NCBI GenBank assembly: GCA_963707025.1
Contig: CAVPOM010000018.1
Location: forward strand, 1 to 64,000
Direction: 5' to 3'
Length of the DNA: 64,000 nucleotides
Source: an uncultured Verrucomicrobiae bacterium
GTDB taxonomy: Bacteria; Verrucomicrobiota; Verrucomicrobiia; Limisphaerales; Palsa-1400
A program made the position numbers and the translations under genes. Each line of letters begins with the position of its first letter. The first letter of the stretch is position 1. Positions 63,941 to 64,000 of this stretch are shown here, in pieces. A model generated the notes under the pieces. That model was not told the origin of the DNA, searched no databases, and saw only the letters and a list, made by a program, of their open reading frames with translations.

Positions 63941-64000
63941 GGCCGCAAACTATTCCACTCGAGCCGCACACGCCAGAACAAATCAAGGTTTCTCCCGGAG

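Overview
GC-rich bacterial chromosomal window. It is probably from Verrucomicrobiota/PVC, inferred from a prepilin/H-X9-DG protein, a DUF1800/DUF1501 pair, a TIGR03067-like lipoprotein and few Shine-Dalgarno sites. Housekeeping genes: pyrC, carA, rpiB, rsmD, gap, oppBC, polyprenyl synthase, ECF sigma, pepP, eda, chdC/hemQ. Mobile and accessory content: two intact IS elements with readable target duplications (IS4 at 9304-10754, splitting a prepilin-like gene; IS630 at 34103-35106) and four toxin-antitoxin-type modules. There is also an OmpR-type two-component/NatAB ABC locus with two matching direct-repeat promoters. A complete alternative complex III operon (actABCDEFG) is followed by a cbb3 CcoN paralog that has lost most metal ligands, a CcoO-like cytochrome and a cytochrome c. 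The most unusual signal is a dispersed family of intergenic (TAATCT)n...(GATTAA)n inverted tandem-repeat cassettes. One copy, inside the respiratory operon, encloses an internally deleted four-helix-bundle (bAvd/IVS-like) gene, suggesting an uncharacterised repeat-bounded mobile or RNA element. Many conserved genes carry single-base frameshifts, most likely long-read assembly errors. All family assignments come from motif recognition, not database searches.
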